From positions 1 to 29,169 of the IMG/VR virus record IMGVR_UViG_3300020043_000889: a stretch of DNA of 29,169 nt; one strand, 5' to 3'. A program made the translations under genes and the position numbers. Of this stretch, positions 1 to 9,196 are shown piece after piece (the first letter of the stretch is position 1; every line of letters starts with the position of its first letter). A model generated the notes under the pieces. The model had not been told where the DNA came from. It did no database searches and saw only the letters and a list, made by a program, of their open reading frames with translations. Source of the stretch: a virus (lineage: Duplodnaviria > Caudoviricetes).

Positions 1-23
1 TATTGAATTGAGGATTGAACAGC

Positions 24-503
24 ATGGGTGGCAAAGGTAGTGGTGGACATAACAGGAAACCTGTTGAGCGCAAGCAGCGCATTGGCAATCCGTCTGGAAG
101 GAAACTGCCCAAAGACACACCTACTGCATCTGTGACTGCACTTCCAACTTCTCACATCCCTGATCCTTCACGCCCGTTGGGTGAACAGGGTTTGCGTTTG
201 TGGGCGCAGGTCTGGACTTCTGGTGCAGGCTGGTTGAAGCAGCAGATGGATACAGAACTTGTGTTGATGTTGTGTGAAGCGACAGAGGAACGAACAAGGT
301 TGCGTGTGAGGTTGCAACAGAACCCTGATGCGTGGCGTGACCGTAGAGCGTTGCGTGAAATTGATCGGCAGATAATCACGCTGCTTGGTCAGATAGGATT
401 TACTCCATCAGAGCGAGGACTGTTAGGAACAGGGGAAGTGAAACAGCATGAGTTCAGCGAACTCCACAAGCGCATTGCCGAAAAGCGTACTGCCAGCAAG
501 TAA
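24..503 (+). CDS. terS: Terminase small subunit (P27-like)
   Basis: GAGGA at 10-14 precedes ATG at 24. Basic N-terminus (RKPVERKQRIGNPSGRKLP) and C-terminal GFTPSER match the P27-family G(F/L)TPxxR motif. Overlaps terL. Confidence 0.85.
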   Translation: MGGKGSGGHNRKPVERKQRIGNPSGRKLPKDTPTASVTALPTSHIPDPSRPLGEQGLRLWAQVWTSGAGWLKQQMDTELVLMLCEATEERTRLRVRLQQNPDAWRDRRALREIDRQIITLLGQIGFTPSERGLLGTGEVKQHEFSELHKRIAEKRTASK

Positions 504-1959
504 GTGGAAGCCTGCGTTTTATACGCCACGAAAGTTCACATCAACAGATGGTGATGAACTGATTGCTTTTGCTGAAGCGCACTTTCAAGTATTGAAAGGT
601 TTTCGTGCTGGCGCACCATTAGAGTTCACGAACTGGCAGAAGTGGTTGCTGCGTTCTCTGCTTGAGCGCAATGATGAAACTGGCAGGCTGCGTTATCGCA
701 GAGCGTTAATTGGATTACCACGCAAGAACGGCAAGAGCCTCATGATGAGTGCGCTTGGTGTGTTCACCATGATCAGTGGTGAAGCAGGTTCAGAAATATA
801 TGCGATTGCAAACGACAGACAGCAGGCACGAATCATTTTTGGTGAAGCGAAACAACAGATCCAGAACAGCCCGTTACTTAATGCTGAAGCAAAGATTTAC
901 CGTGATGCGATTGAGATGCCTCGTTTCGGTTCAGTGTTTCGTGTGCTGTCTAGTGAAGTGAAAGGTTTGGCTGGACTCAACCCATCAGTTTCCCTGATAG
1001 ACGAAGTATGGGGTCAATCAAACAGCGACCTGTTAGATCAGATGCAGTTGGGTTCAGGCAACCGTATTGAACCAATCAGCATCAGCATCACTACAGCAGG
1101 ATTTGATTTGGACAGTCCAGCAGGACAGATGTACCAGTATGGGAAGCAGGTTGCTGCAGGTGAAGTGGATGATGAAACATTTGGGTTCTGGTGGTGGGAA
1201 GCACCAGAGGACTGTGATCTGAATGATCGTAAAGCGTGGATGATTGCGAACCCGAACCTTGCTGAAGGGTTGCTTGATCCAGAGGATTTGGCTGCAGCAG
1301 TGAAACAGTCTGCTGAATCCAGTGTGCGCAGATGGCGATTAAACAACTGGACTAGAAGCCAAGAATCATGGCTACCTTCTGGTGCATGGGAACAATGTGT
1401 ATCGCATACACATCAACTTGATCCTGATCTGCCTGTGTGGGTGGGAATAGATATGGCGTTGAAGCGTGACACAATCGCTGTCTGTGTGGCACAACCACAA
1501 GAGGACAGGGTTGTTGTTCGGGCAAAGATCTGGAATCCAGAACTGGAAGGTATTGACATTGCTGGAGTGGAAGCACACCTGCGAGAACTGCACAACACCT
1601 ATGAGGTAAGGGAGTTCGTTTATGACCCTGCGTTTTTTGAGCGTTCAGCCGAATACCTTTCTGATGAAGGCATGAACCTAGTTACATTCCCACAGTCAGC
1701 ATCACGCATGATCCCTGCTTGCGGTAACGCCTATGAAATGATTGTTGCCAAAAAGGTTGCACATGACGGATCACCAACCTTCACAGACCAAGTGTTATCT
1801 GCAGCGCAGCGCATGAGCGACAAAGGTTGGACATTAAGCAAAGGCAAAAGCAAACGCAAGATTGACGCTTGTATTGCTATGGTTATGGCATTAGATCGTG
1901 CAACAAGCAAACCTGAAACCCCAGAAGCAGAACCAGCAGTATTGGATATTTGGTCATGA
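448..1959 (+). CDS. terL: Terminase large subunit
   Basis: Walker A LPRKNGKS, Walker B LIDE, coupling motif ITTAG, nuclease motifs GIDMA and KIDACIA. Confidence 0.97.
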   Translation: MSSANSTSALPKSVLPASKWKPAFYTPRKFTSTDGDELIAFAEAHFQVLKGFRAGAPLEFTNWQKWLLRSLLERNDETGRLRYRRALIGLPRKNGKSLMMSALGVFTMISGEAGSEIYAIANDRQQARIIFGEAKQQIQNSPLLNAEAKIYRDAIEMPRFGSVFRVLSSEVKGLAGLNPSVSLIDEVWGQSNSDLLDQMQLGSGNRIEPISISITTAGFDLDSPAGQMYQYGKQVAAGEVDDETFGFWWWEAPEDCDLNDRKAWMIANPNLAEGLLDPEDLAAAVKQSAESSVRRWRLNNWTRSQESWLPSGAWEQCVSHTHQLDPDLPVWVGIDMALKRDTIAVCVAQPQEDRVVVRAKIWNPELEGIDIAGVEAHLRELHNTYEVREFVYDPAFFERSAEYLSDEGMNLVTFPQSASRMIPACGNAYEMIVAKKVAHDGSPTFTDQVLSAAQRMSDKGWTLSKGKSKRKIDACIAMVMALDRATSKPETPEAEPAVLDIWS

Positions 1960-2099
1960 AAATTAGAGAAGTAATCACAACAGCAGTTGAACTTATCGGT
2001 GCGGTCTGTGTTGTAGTCGGCATCTGTTCCTTCAGTGTTCCGATTGGTGTTATTGTGCTAGGTGTTCTCTTGATAGTCGGTGGAGGCTTGGCAGCATGA
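1956..2099 (+). CDS. Small two-TM membrane protein (47 aa) between terL and portal
   Basis: Hand translation MKIREVITTAVELIGAVCVVVGICSFSVPIGVIVLGVLLIVGGGLAA. ATGA overlaps at both ends. Not in the supplied ORF track. Confidence 0.8.
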   Translation: MKIREVITTAVELIGAVCVVVGICSFSVPIGVIVLGVLLIVGGGLAA

Positions 2100-3535
2100 G
2101 TTTGTGGAAAAAATCTGAACAGCGTGCGCTACCAACAAGCATTGACCCGTATCAGATAACTGCACGCCCGTTGTACAACAACTGGTCAGGTGAAATTGTT
2201 ACAGAGATAACTGCTGTTGCACATAGCGCAGTTCTCGCATCTGTGACTATCCTTGCAGATTCCATTGCATCAATGCCCGTTGAACTGGTGCGCAAGAGAG
2301 CAGACAGAATTGAAAAACTACCAACACCATCAGTATTCCAGCAACCAAACGACCACCAAAATATGTTTGAGTTCGTGCATCAAACAATGCTCACTCTTGC
2401 ATTACATGGCAACGCCTACATTTATGCACCAAGAGGTGCAGACGGACTTCCCGTTGAAATGCGCAATATTCATCCCCACGCTGTCAAAGGAATTGCAATC
2501 ACAGACACAGGTGAAATGATTTATGATCTAGGCAAAGTCCAATACTCCAGCAAAGATGTTCGTGCAATCCATTGGGCAATCCTTCCAAACCAGTTGCGAG
2601 GAATCAGCCCATTAGAAACAATGCGCAACACAGTTGGAATGGGCTTGGCAATGGATCGTTTCCTTGCACAGTTCTATGGCGAAGGTGCAACACCATCATC
2701 AGTATTGGAAACAGATGGCTCACTAACCACAGAGCAGGCACGCCAGATCCGTGACAATTGGGTTGAATCACACTATAAACACAGGAAGCCTGCAGTATTG
2801 CAAGGTGGTTTGAAGTGGCGCAGCATCACAACCAGTGCAGCCGATATGCAAATGTTGGAACACAAAGAATCAATCATTCGTGACATTGCCCGTGTGTATC
2901 GCATCCCATTGCACCTGATCATTGGAACTGGTGGCGATTCACAGACCTATCAAAACATTGAAGCATTGGGTTCAGCGTTCTTTAAGTACACACTGCTTGG
3001 TTGGGTTCGCCGTTTGGAATCAGCGTTTAGCGAAATGTTGCCACGCCCACAATCTGTGCGTTTCAATCCAGAGGAGTTTTTGCGTGCAGATCTTGCAACC
3101 AGAGTCCGTGCGCAGCAGACACAGATCATGGCTGGAACAATGACACCTAATGAAGCCCGTGAGATTGAGAACCGTGAACCTTATGAAGGTGGAGATCAAT
3201 TCATTATGGGCGTGGCTGGCGCACCTATCGCTGGTGTTCAGGGTGGAGACTTGCCAACATTGGGTACTGATGCGATACCACCAGAACGCAGTTACCGAAA
3301 CAACGAACCACAGTCATTGATCATCAATGAAACCCCACAAGACATTTCTATAAATATGCCTCAACAGCGTGTCAAGGTTGATTCACCTATTGTGAATCTC
3401 AAACCACAGACCATCAACATTCCTGAAACGGTTGTGAATGTGACCATGCCAGAAGCAAAGATGGTGCGCAGATCTGTTGAGCGTGATTCTGATGGGCGTA
3501 TTGTTTCCATCACAGAGGAAAGAATTGAGGACTAA
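2096..3535 (+). CDS. Portal protein, HK97 family, with C-terminal extension
   Basis: Motifs LALHGNAY, GISPL, IARVYRIP, YQNIE, MTPNEAR and position after terL. Confidence 0.96.
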   Translation: MSLWKKSEQRALPTSIDPYQITARPLYNNWSGEIVTEITAVAHSAVLASVTILADSIASMPVELVRKRADRIEKLPTPSVFQQPNDHQNMFEFVHQTMLTLALHGNAYIYAPRGADGLPVEMRNIHPHAVKGIAITDTGEMIYDLGKVQYSSKDVRAIHWAILPNQLRGISPLETMRNTVGMGLAMDRFLAQFYGEGATPSSVLETDGSLTTEQARQIRDNWVESHYKHRKPAVLQGGLKWRSITTSAADMQMLEHKESIIRDIARVYRIPLHLIIGTGGDSQTYQNIEALGSAFFKYTLLGWVRRLESAFSEMLPRPQSVRFNPEEFLRADLATRVRAQQTQIMAGTMTPNEAREIENREPYEGGDQFIMGVAGAPIAGVQGGDLPTLGTDAIPPERSYRNNEPQSLIINETPQDISINMPQQRVKVDSPIVNLKPQTINIPETVVNVTMPEAKMVRRSVERDSDGRIVSITEERIED

Positions 3536-3918
3536 TGGCAACAGGATTAAGTTCATATTTGGCTGGCTCATGGCTTGATGCTGTTGGCAACAACAGTTCA
3601 TTTGCTGTTGCTTCTGTCTATATCAAACTTCATGTTGGCGATCCGTCAGCAAATGGAACAGCAAACCCTGCAACAGAAACAACACGCAAGGCAGCATCAT
3701 TTGGTGCAGCATCCGCAGGTGTTCTTACTTCTGATGCAGATGTGACTTGGACAAATATTGCTGGATCACAAACAGCAACCTATTTCACAGCATGGGATGC
3801 AGCAACATCAGGAAACTTCTTGTTCTCTGGTTCAATCACAGGAAACCCATACACGGCTGGTGACACTTTCACCATCTCATCTGGTGCTTTGTCTGTTTCA
3901 CTAACTCTCGCAAGTTGA
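3535..3918 (+). CDS. Putative virion structural protein (127 aa, beta-rich, fibre/decoration-associated type)
   Basis: TAATG coupling to portal. YIKLHVGDP...AWDAATSGNFLFSG...GDTFTI pattern resembles small phage structural proteins (recalled, not searched). Confidence 0.6.
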   Translation: MATGLSSYLAGSWLDAVGNNSSFAVASVYIKLHVGDPSANGTANPATETTRKAASFGAASAGVLTSDADVTWTNIAGSQTATYFTAWDAATSGNFLFSGSITGNPYTAGDTFTISSGALSVSLTLAS

Positions 3919-3926
3919 GATAACAG

Positions 3927-4763
3927 ATGAGCGTGCAACGCTTCACGCTAAACAGCAGCGAACTCAATGACGAAAACTTTGGGCTTGATGGTGCATCACC
4001 TGCGTTCAACTTGGACAGTTCAACTCTTGACGGTAACGGCAAACTTGATGGCGCAAACTTCCTCACAGTTGCAACAGCATCAACAACATTAGGTTCTGTA
4101 ACTGCCACAGCCACAGCCAACATCACAAACCCTGTTCAAGCATCAGCATCATTTGGTTCAGCAGCAGGATCAGCAACATCTCTTATCAGCCATCAGGCAA
4201 CTAGCACAGCAAATCTTGGAACTGTCACAGCGCAAGCCACAGCAAAAACAACAAACCAAGACACAGCAGCAGCAACACTTGGCGCACTTGACGCACAATC
4301 CTCCTCAACAACAACACATCTGGTTTCAGGTTCAGCGAACTGTCAAGGTGTTTCTGCTACAGCCAGCGCAATAATCAACAATCAAACAACAGCATCAAGC
4401 CAGTTAGGTGCTTTGACTGCTTCGGCAACATATGAAATTAGTGGGGAGAATATTGCTGCAGCCTTGCTTGGACAGTTAAACGCAACTGCAACAGCAACAA
4501 TCACCCCATCTAAGAAACCTGCAGGTGGTGGTGGCAGGGTATTCATACAACCAAACTTCCCTCAAAGACCAAAACCAGTAGAGCCACAACAGGTTGCTGA
4601 AATTAAACCAGTTGAGGAAAAGAAACCAGTCGTTAAACCCAAGCCAATCAAAACTGTTAAGGCATCATCATCTGTTACTCTTGGTGGTGCTTCTGCGCAG
4701 GCAGTTGGTATTCTTGCATGGATTGCAGAATTGGATGATCTTGAGGTGTTGGAACTGTTATGA
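3927..4763 (+). CDS. Ala/Thr/Ser-rich repetitive fibre-like protein
   Basis: About seven imperfect repeats of an A-x-(L/F)-G-x-(V/L)-T-A-x-A pattern, a Pro/Lys-rich linker and an acidic C-terminus. Confidence 0.6.
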   Translation: MSVQRFTLNSSELNDENFGLDGASPAFNLDSSTLDGNGKLDGANFLTVATASTTLGSVTATATANITNPVQASASFGSAAGSATSLISHQATSTANLGTVTAQATAKTTNQDTAAATLGALDAQSSSTTTHLVSGSANCQGVSATASAIINNQTTASSQLGALTASATYEISGENIAAALLGQLNATATATITPSKKPAGGGGRVFIQPNFPQRPKPVEPQQVAEIKPVEEKKPVVKPKPIKTVKASSSVTLGGASAQAVGILAWIAELDDLEVLELL

Positions 4764-5023
4764 AAGCGTACAAAAAAACTGTTACAGATACCGTTGTTGA
4801 GTTAGTTCCTAGAGACAGCATCAATCGCCCTGTATATGTACAGATTGAAGGAAACAACACTGTTTATATTGGTGGTGCAAATGTGACAGCAGATCAGGGC
4901 TTTCCGATTGTTAAACACGGCGCACCTATTCAGGGTGGGCTTGGTGCAGGTGATGGGCTGTGGGGTATCTGTGCATCAGGTCAAACAGAAGTGATCCGTA
5001 TCATCACGATTGACGCAGACTGA
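4760..5023 (+). CDS. Hypothetical head-module protein (87 aa)
   Basis: ATGA overlap with upstream gene. Compact beta-like sequence (VYIGGANVTADQGFPI). Confidence 0.7.
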   Translation: MKAYKKTVTDTVVELVPRDSINRPVYVQIEGNNTVYIGGANVTADQGFPIVKHGAPIQGGLGAGDGLWGICASGQTEVIRIITIDAD

Positions 5024-5025
5024 TC

Positions 5026-5697
5026 ATGCCTTACGGAATATCAGCAAATCAATCTGATTGTTCTAATTGGGCTGCAGTAAAGATTGAATCAGATGGATCA
5101 GCAACAACGCTTGCCTGCTACACAACCAAACAAGATGCTATTGATCGCATGGTTGCACAATCATTGGCTGAAGGTTTAGAGCCAGTTGGTGAAGTGGGGC
5201 AGCGCAAGATGAGCAAACGCAATGATGAGATGGTGGCGTTCATTGATTCAGCGATAACAATTCTGATGCAGGCAAAGGCTTCGTATGAGGCTGATGAACT
5301 TGAGGATGAACTTGAGGATGAACTTGAGGATGAGCCAGATGAGGAAATTGAGGATTCTGAATATCGGGCAGTTGATTTGTCTGCGCCTGCGTTCATGCGT
5401 GCTTCAGCCAAGCGTGGTCTGGCGTTGCATGAGCAGGGTTTGTCTGGTGATGGGCTTGTTCCACAGACCGTTGAGGATGCACGCAAGATGGCTGCAGGTC
5501 AGATCAGTGAAGCAAAGTGGCGCAAGATTGGTGCATGGATTGCACGACACATTGACGATCTAGACGCTGTGCAAGGTGATGAGATCACTGCAGGTTTAGT
5601 GGCAATGTTGCTGTGGGGTGGTGGTGCAACTAAGGCTTCAGCACGCAGGGCGCAGGAATATGCGTATCGTGTTGTGGAAAGATTAGATTCCGAATAG
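5026..5697 (+). CDS. Hypothetical head-morphogenesis-associated protein (223 aa)
   Basis: Lies in the operon between portal and protease. N-terminal Cys-containing domain, acidic linker, C-terminal domain ending LLWGG. Confidence 0.7.
   Translation: MPYGISANQSDCSNWAAVKIESDGSATTLACYTTKQDAIDRMVAQSLAEGLEPVGEVGQRKMSKRNDEMVAFIDSAITILMQAKASYEADELEDELEDELEDEPDEEIEDSEYRAVDLSAPAFMRASAKRGLALHEQGLSGDGLVPQTVEDARKMAAGQISEAKWRKIGAWIARHIDDLDAVQGDEITAGLVAMLLWGGGATKASARRAQEYAYRVVERLDSE
5293..5328 (+). repeat. In-frame 12-bp tandem repeat GATGAACTTGAG x3 (DELE x3)
   Basis: Three perfect copies read directly, followed by partial GATGAG. Confidence 0.95.
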
Positions 5698-5711
5698 TAA
5701 GGTAGAAAATT

Positions 5712-6308
5712 ATGAGCGAACTTGTGCAATGGGTGGCAACTGAAGTAGATGAGAAGCGCAGCATTGCGTATTCCAATCTTGAGGTTCGTGCAGAGAATGA
5801 AGGCAGAACGATTGTTGGCTATGCAGCCATTTGGGATTCACCATCTGAGTACATGGGTTTCACAGAGTTTGTTAAGCGTGGTGCTTTCTCAAAGACTTTG
5901 AATGATGGTGCTGATGTGCGTTTGTTGATTGATCATGAAGGCGTACCGTTGGCACGCTCTAAGTCTGGCACTCTTGCACTTGAGGAGGATGAGCGTGGTT
6001 TGCGTGTTGAAGCAGAACTTGATCCAATGAACCCTGATGCTGCACGAATTATGTCAGCAATGAAGCGTGGCGATCTGTCGCAGATGAGTTTTGCGTTTCG
6101 CACAGTCAAGGATTCGTGGAACGCTGATCGTTCAGTTCGTGAACTGCGTGAGGTTCAACTGTTTGATGTGAGCGTTGTTACCTTCCCTGCCTATGAGCAG
6201 ACGGTGGCAGAGTTGCGCAAGATAAATGCACCTGTTACTGTTGCACCAGTTTCTACATTGAGCCTGAGAAAAAATCAGGTTGCTTTGCAGAAACTTCGCA
6301 GCCGTTAG
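5712..6308 (+). CDS. Prohead (capsid maturation) protease, HK97 family
   Basis: GYAAIW, LLIDH (catalytic His), MSFAF (catalytic Ser), DVSVVTFPAY. Confidence 0.96.
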   Translation: MSELVQWVATEVDEKRSIAYSNLEVRAENEGRTIVGYAAIWDSPSEYMGFTEFVKRGAFSKTLNDGADVRLLIDHEGVPLARSKSGTLALEEDERGLRVEAELDPMNPDAARIMSAMKRGDLSQMSFAFRTVKDSWNADRSVRELREVQLFDVSVVTFPAYEQTVAELRKINAPVTVAPVSTLSLRKNQVALQKLRSR

Positions 6309-6314
6309 ACAGCC

Positions 6315-6388
6315 GACCTTATTGGTCACTGACCTCCTAACACTGAAAGGAAAACACATATTCAAATCAGATGATCTTGGAGGTCATT
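6315..6388 (+). promoter_or_regulatory. Structured 5' leader of the capsid gene that can sequester its RBS
   Basis: TGACCTCC (6330-6337) is the exact complement of GGAGGTCA (6379-6386). A small hairpin GACC-TTATT-GGTC lies at 6315-6327. Confidence 0.55.
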
Positions 6389-7708
6389 ATGTCATTTAGT
6401 AAGTCACTTATTGAAAAGCGTGATGCTGCGCTTGCAAAGGCAGATGCCATTGTTGCAGCAGCACAAGCAGAAGCCCGTGAACTCACCCCAGAACAGGATG
6501 CAGAAATTGTTGCAGCACTTGATGAGGTTCGTTCATTGGATGAGCAGATTGCAACCCACAGCGAACTTGAAAAGCGTTCGGCTGAGGCTGCAGAACTCCG
6601 CAAGGAAAAGAAGTTTGATGCAGCAGTTGCACCAGCAGTAGTTAAGTCAGAAGCACGCACCTACAGTCCAAAGGCTGAAGTTTCGTTTGTTGCTGACGCA
6701 TACGCTGCACAGTTCAACAACGACTTCGCTGCCAAAGAGCGTCTTGCACGCCACATGCAAGAGGAAAAGATTGAACGCCGTGATGTAACCAGCGCAAACT
6801 TTGCTGGTTTGGTTGTTCCACAATTCCTCACTGACTTGGCTGCACCATTCGCCCGTGCAGGTCGCCCGTTCTTGGATGTTGCTCGCAAGCATCAACTCCC
6901 TGAATCTGGTTTGACCATCAGCATCAGCAAGGTCACAACTGGATCTGCAACCGCAGTACAAACTGAAGGTGCAGCAGTTCAGGAAACCAACATGGATGAT
7001 ACGAAACTTGATGTTTCGGTAGTCACCGTTGCTGGTCAGCAGAATGTGAGCCGTCAGGCTCTTGAGCGTGGCACAGGCATTGACTCATTGGTAATGGCAG
7101 ATCTTGTTTCTGCATACAACACCAACCTTGATTCATTGTTTGTAACCACCAGCGCAACATCACTAACCAATGTGATCTCGCAGGTTGTCACCTACACTGA
7201 TGCTTCACCATCTGTTGCTGAGTTGTATCCAAAACTGTTGGATGCTGTACAGCGCATTCAGACCAACTACTTCGGTGGACCAAACTTCATCTTGATGCAC
7301 CCACGCCGTTTGGCTTGGATTCTTTCAGCACTTGATACCACCAACCGCCCATTGGCAGTGCCAGTAGGTAACGGTGCGTTCAACGCTGTTTCAGTTGGTC
7401 AAGGTTCAGTTGTTTATGGCAACTCTGGCTACACGATTGCAGGCTTGCCAGTAATCACTGATGCCAATGTGATCACAACCAACGGTGCTGGAACGAACGA
7501 GGATGTCATCATTATTGGTAACACCCAAGAAGCACACCTGTGGGAACAGGGTGATGGTTCGCCAATGATGTTGCGCTTTGAGCAACCAAAGGGTGCTGAA
7601 CTTGATGTTCAGATGATCGTGTACGGATACAGCGCATTCACTGCGAACCGTTATCCAAACGCTTTCGCCCTTGTTGGTGGAACTGGATTGGTAACTCCAA
7701 CCTTCTAA
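6389..7708 (+). CDS. Major capsid protein, HK97 fold, with N-terminal coiled-coil delta domain
   Basis: GGAGG at 6379-6383 before ATG 6389. Helical Ala/Glu-rich N-terminus, GLVVPQFL, ILMHPR, IAGLPVITD. Follows the protease. Confidence 0.95.
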   Translation: MSFSKSLIEKRDAALAKADAIVAAAQAEARELTPEQDAEIVAALDEVRSLDEQIATHSELEKRSAEAAELRKEKKFDAAVAPAVVKSEARTYSPKAEVSFVADAYAAQFNNDFAAKERLARHMQEEKIERRDVTSANFAGLVVPQFLTDLAAPFARAGRPFLDVARKHQLPESGLTISISKVTTGSATAVQTEGAAVQETNMDDTKLDVSVVTVAGQQNVSRQALERGTGIDSLVMADLVSAYNTNLDSLFVTTSATSLTNVISQVVTYTDASPSVAELYPKLLDAVQRIQTNYFGGPNFILMHPRRLAWILSALDTTNRPLAVPVGNGAFNAVSVGQGSVVYGNSGYTIAGLPVITDANVITTNGAGTNEDVIIIGNTQEAHLWEQGDGSPMMLRFEQPKGAELDVQMIVYGYSAFTANRYPNAFALVGGTGLVTPTF

Positions 7709-7737
7709 AGCCGATAACTACATTTCGGATTAGAACC

Positions 7738-7784
7738 GAAAGACCGCCAGCATCTTGAACGGTGTTGGCGGTCTTTCTATTTTC
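7738..7784 (+). terminator. Intrinsic terminator after capsid gene
   Basis: 17-bp stem GAAAGACCGCCAGCATC / GGTGTTGGCGGTCTTTC (two G-U pairs), 6-nt loop, followed by TATTTT. Confidence 0.85.
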
Positions 7785-7802
7785 AGGTGTATGATTTGCG
7801 AC

Positions 7803-8000
7803 ATGAACAAACATATTGAAGCCTTACTTGTTGAGCGTTCTGGTTATGAGCGCAGAGGTCTGAAGGATCGTGTGAAAGCCTGTGATGAAGCATTGCGTGC
7901 ATTAGGTCATTCGGTCAAAACACCAGAGGTTGAAACTGCAAGCATTGAACCTGTAGCAGAGCGTGCTACACGCAAGGCTGCACCTAAGCGTAAGGCGTAA
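7803..8000 (+). CDS. Small hypothetical protein (65 aa) after capsid gene
   Basis: MNKHIEALLVER...KAAPKRKA. Start reassigned to ATG 7803 because the track's start lies inside the terminator. Confidence 0.75.
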   Translation: MNKHIEALLVERSGYERRGLKDRVKACDEALRALGHSVKTPEVETASIEPVAERATRKAAPKRKA

Positions 8001-8003
8001 TCA

Positions 8004-8606
8004 ATGGCAATCGTAAATGGTTACTGTTCCCTGCAGGATGTGAAGTCTGCGCTCAGGCTCACAGACAATGTGGATGATGGGCTTCTTGAGAAGGCTATTG
8101 AATCTGCCTCACGCAGAATTGATGGTTACTGTGGCAGGTTCTTTTACAAGTCCACATCAACATCAATCAACATTTACCCAATCAATGAATACTTGTTGCG
8201 TATGCCACAGGACTTGGCAACCAGCACTGTCACGATCAAGATTGATACAGAAGCAAATGGTACTTATGCGACCACGCTGACACAGGGCGTTGATTATATT
8301 CTTGAACCTACTGACGCTGCGCTTCGTGGCTACCCTTATGTTCATGCCCGTATGGTTGGTGGTGCAACCTTCCCTCTATATGTGACACCATCATTCCCAA
8401 CGGTTCAGGTCACAGCACAATGGGGTTGGAACGCTGTGCCTTCTGATGTGTCTCAGGCTTGTGTACTTCTCGCTATGCGCCAGTTCGCCAGATTAAACGC
8501 TGCGCTTGGTGTTGTTGGTTTCGCTGATATGGCGTTGCAGGTTCGTGCTGTTGATCCTGATGTGCGTGACCTGCTGAATCAGTATGTGGTGTTTGGGGCT
8601 ATCTGA
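8004..8606 (+). CDS. Head-to-tail adaptor (gp6/gp15-like)
   Basis: YCSLQDVKSAL, ASRRIDGYCGR, WGWNAVPSDVSQA, DPDVRDLL and position. Confidence 0.85.
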   Translation: MAIVNGYCSLQDVKSALRLTDNVDDGLLEKAIESASRRIDGYCGRFFYKSTSTSINIYPINEYLLRMPQDLATSTVTIKIDTEANGTYATTLTQGVDYILEPTDAALRGYPYVHARMVGGATFPLYVTPSFPTVQVTAQWGWNAVPSDVSQACVLLAMRQFARLNAALGVVGFADMALQVRAVDPDVRDLLNQYVVFGAI

Positions 8607-9013
8607 TGCCAGCAACTGTTTCGCAAGTTGCTGATGGACTGAAGGCAAGACTGGCAACAATCTCAGGGCTGCGCACTTTCAACTATCAGCCTGAGCAGGA
8701 GAACCCACCTTTCGGATACCCACAAATCAACAGCATTGATTACCACAGAGCCTATAGCGGTGGTGATGTGGTCATGAACTGGACTGTGTATGTGGTTGTT
8801 GGTCGTTATCTTGATCGCACAGCGCACGCACAGTTAGATGATTACCTTTCATATTCTGGTGCTAAGAGCGTGCGTGCAGCAATAGAGGCTGATCCGACAC
8901 TTGGTGGCGTGTGTTCAACTCTCATAGTACGCTCAGGTGCAGACATAACCAGTCTTGATGCTGGTGGCGCACAGTTTTTAGTTATTCAAATGCAAGTGGA
9001 AGTTCACGGATAG
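8606..9013 (+). CDS. Putative tail terminator/completion protein
   Basis: Size, position before the major tail protein and DPTLGG motif. Confidence 0.7.
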   Translation: MPATVSQVADGLKARLATISGLRTFNYQPEQENPPFGYPQINSIDYHRAYSGGDVVMNWTVYVVVGRYLDRTAHAQLDDYLSYSGAKSVRAAIEADPTLGGVCSTLIVRSGADITSLDAGGAQFLVIQMQVEVHG

Positions 9014-9023
9014 GAAACATCAC

Positions 9024-9194
9024 ATGACAACTTACAAAGTTTTGAGCGATAGGTTTGCGCTTGGCGAAAAGGGAAAGACAGTGGACAGTGATGCTCTTGT
9101 TGGGTGTAACATTGAGGCATTGGTTGAAGCAGGACATCTCGCTGAAGTCAGTGCAAAAGTTTCAAAGTCAGTAACAAGCGAACAGGATAAATAA
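9024..9194 (+). CDS. Small hypothetical protein (56 aa)
   Basis: Hand translation MTTYKVLSDRF...NIEALVEAGHL...EQDK. AGGA upstream. Fills the gap between neighbours. Confidence 0.75.
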   Translation: MTTYKVLSDRFALGEKGKTVDSDALVGCNIEALVEAGHLAEVSAKVSKSVTSEQDK

Positions 9195-9196
9195 TC

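Noticed and set aside
5293-5328. Tandem repeat as CRISPR or iteron array
   Set aside because: No spacers. It is an in-frame slippage repeat in an acidic linker.
7723-7741. TTTCGG/CCGAAA hairpin overlapping the capsid terminator as an antiterminator
   Set aside because: It removes only about 4 bp from a 17-bp stem, so it is unlikely to switch termination.
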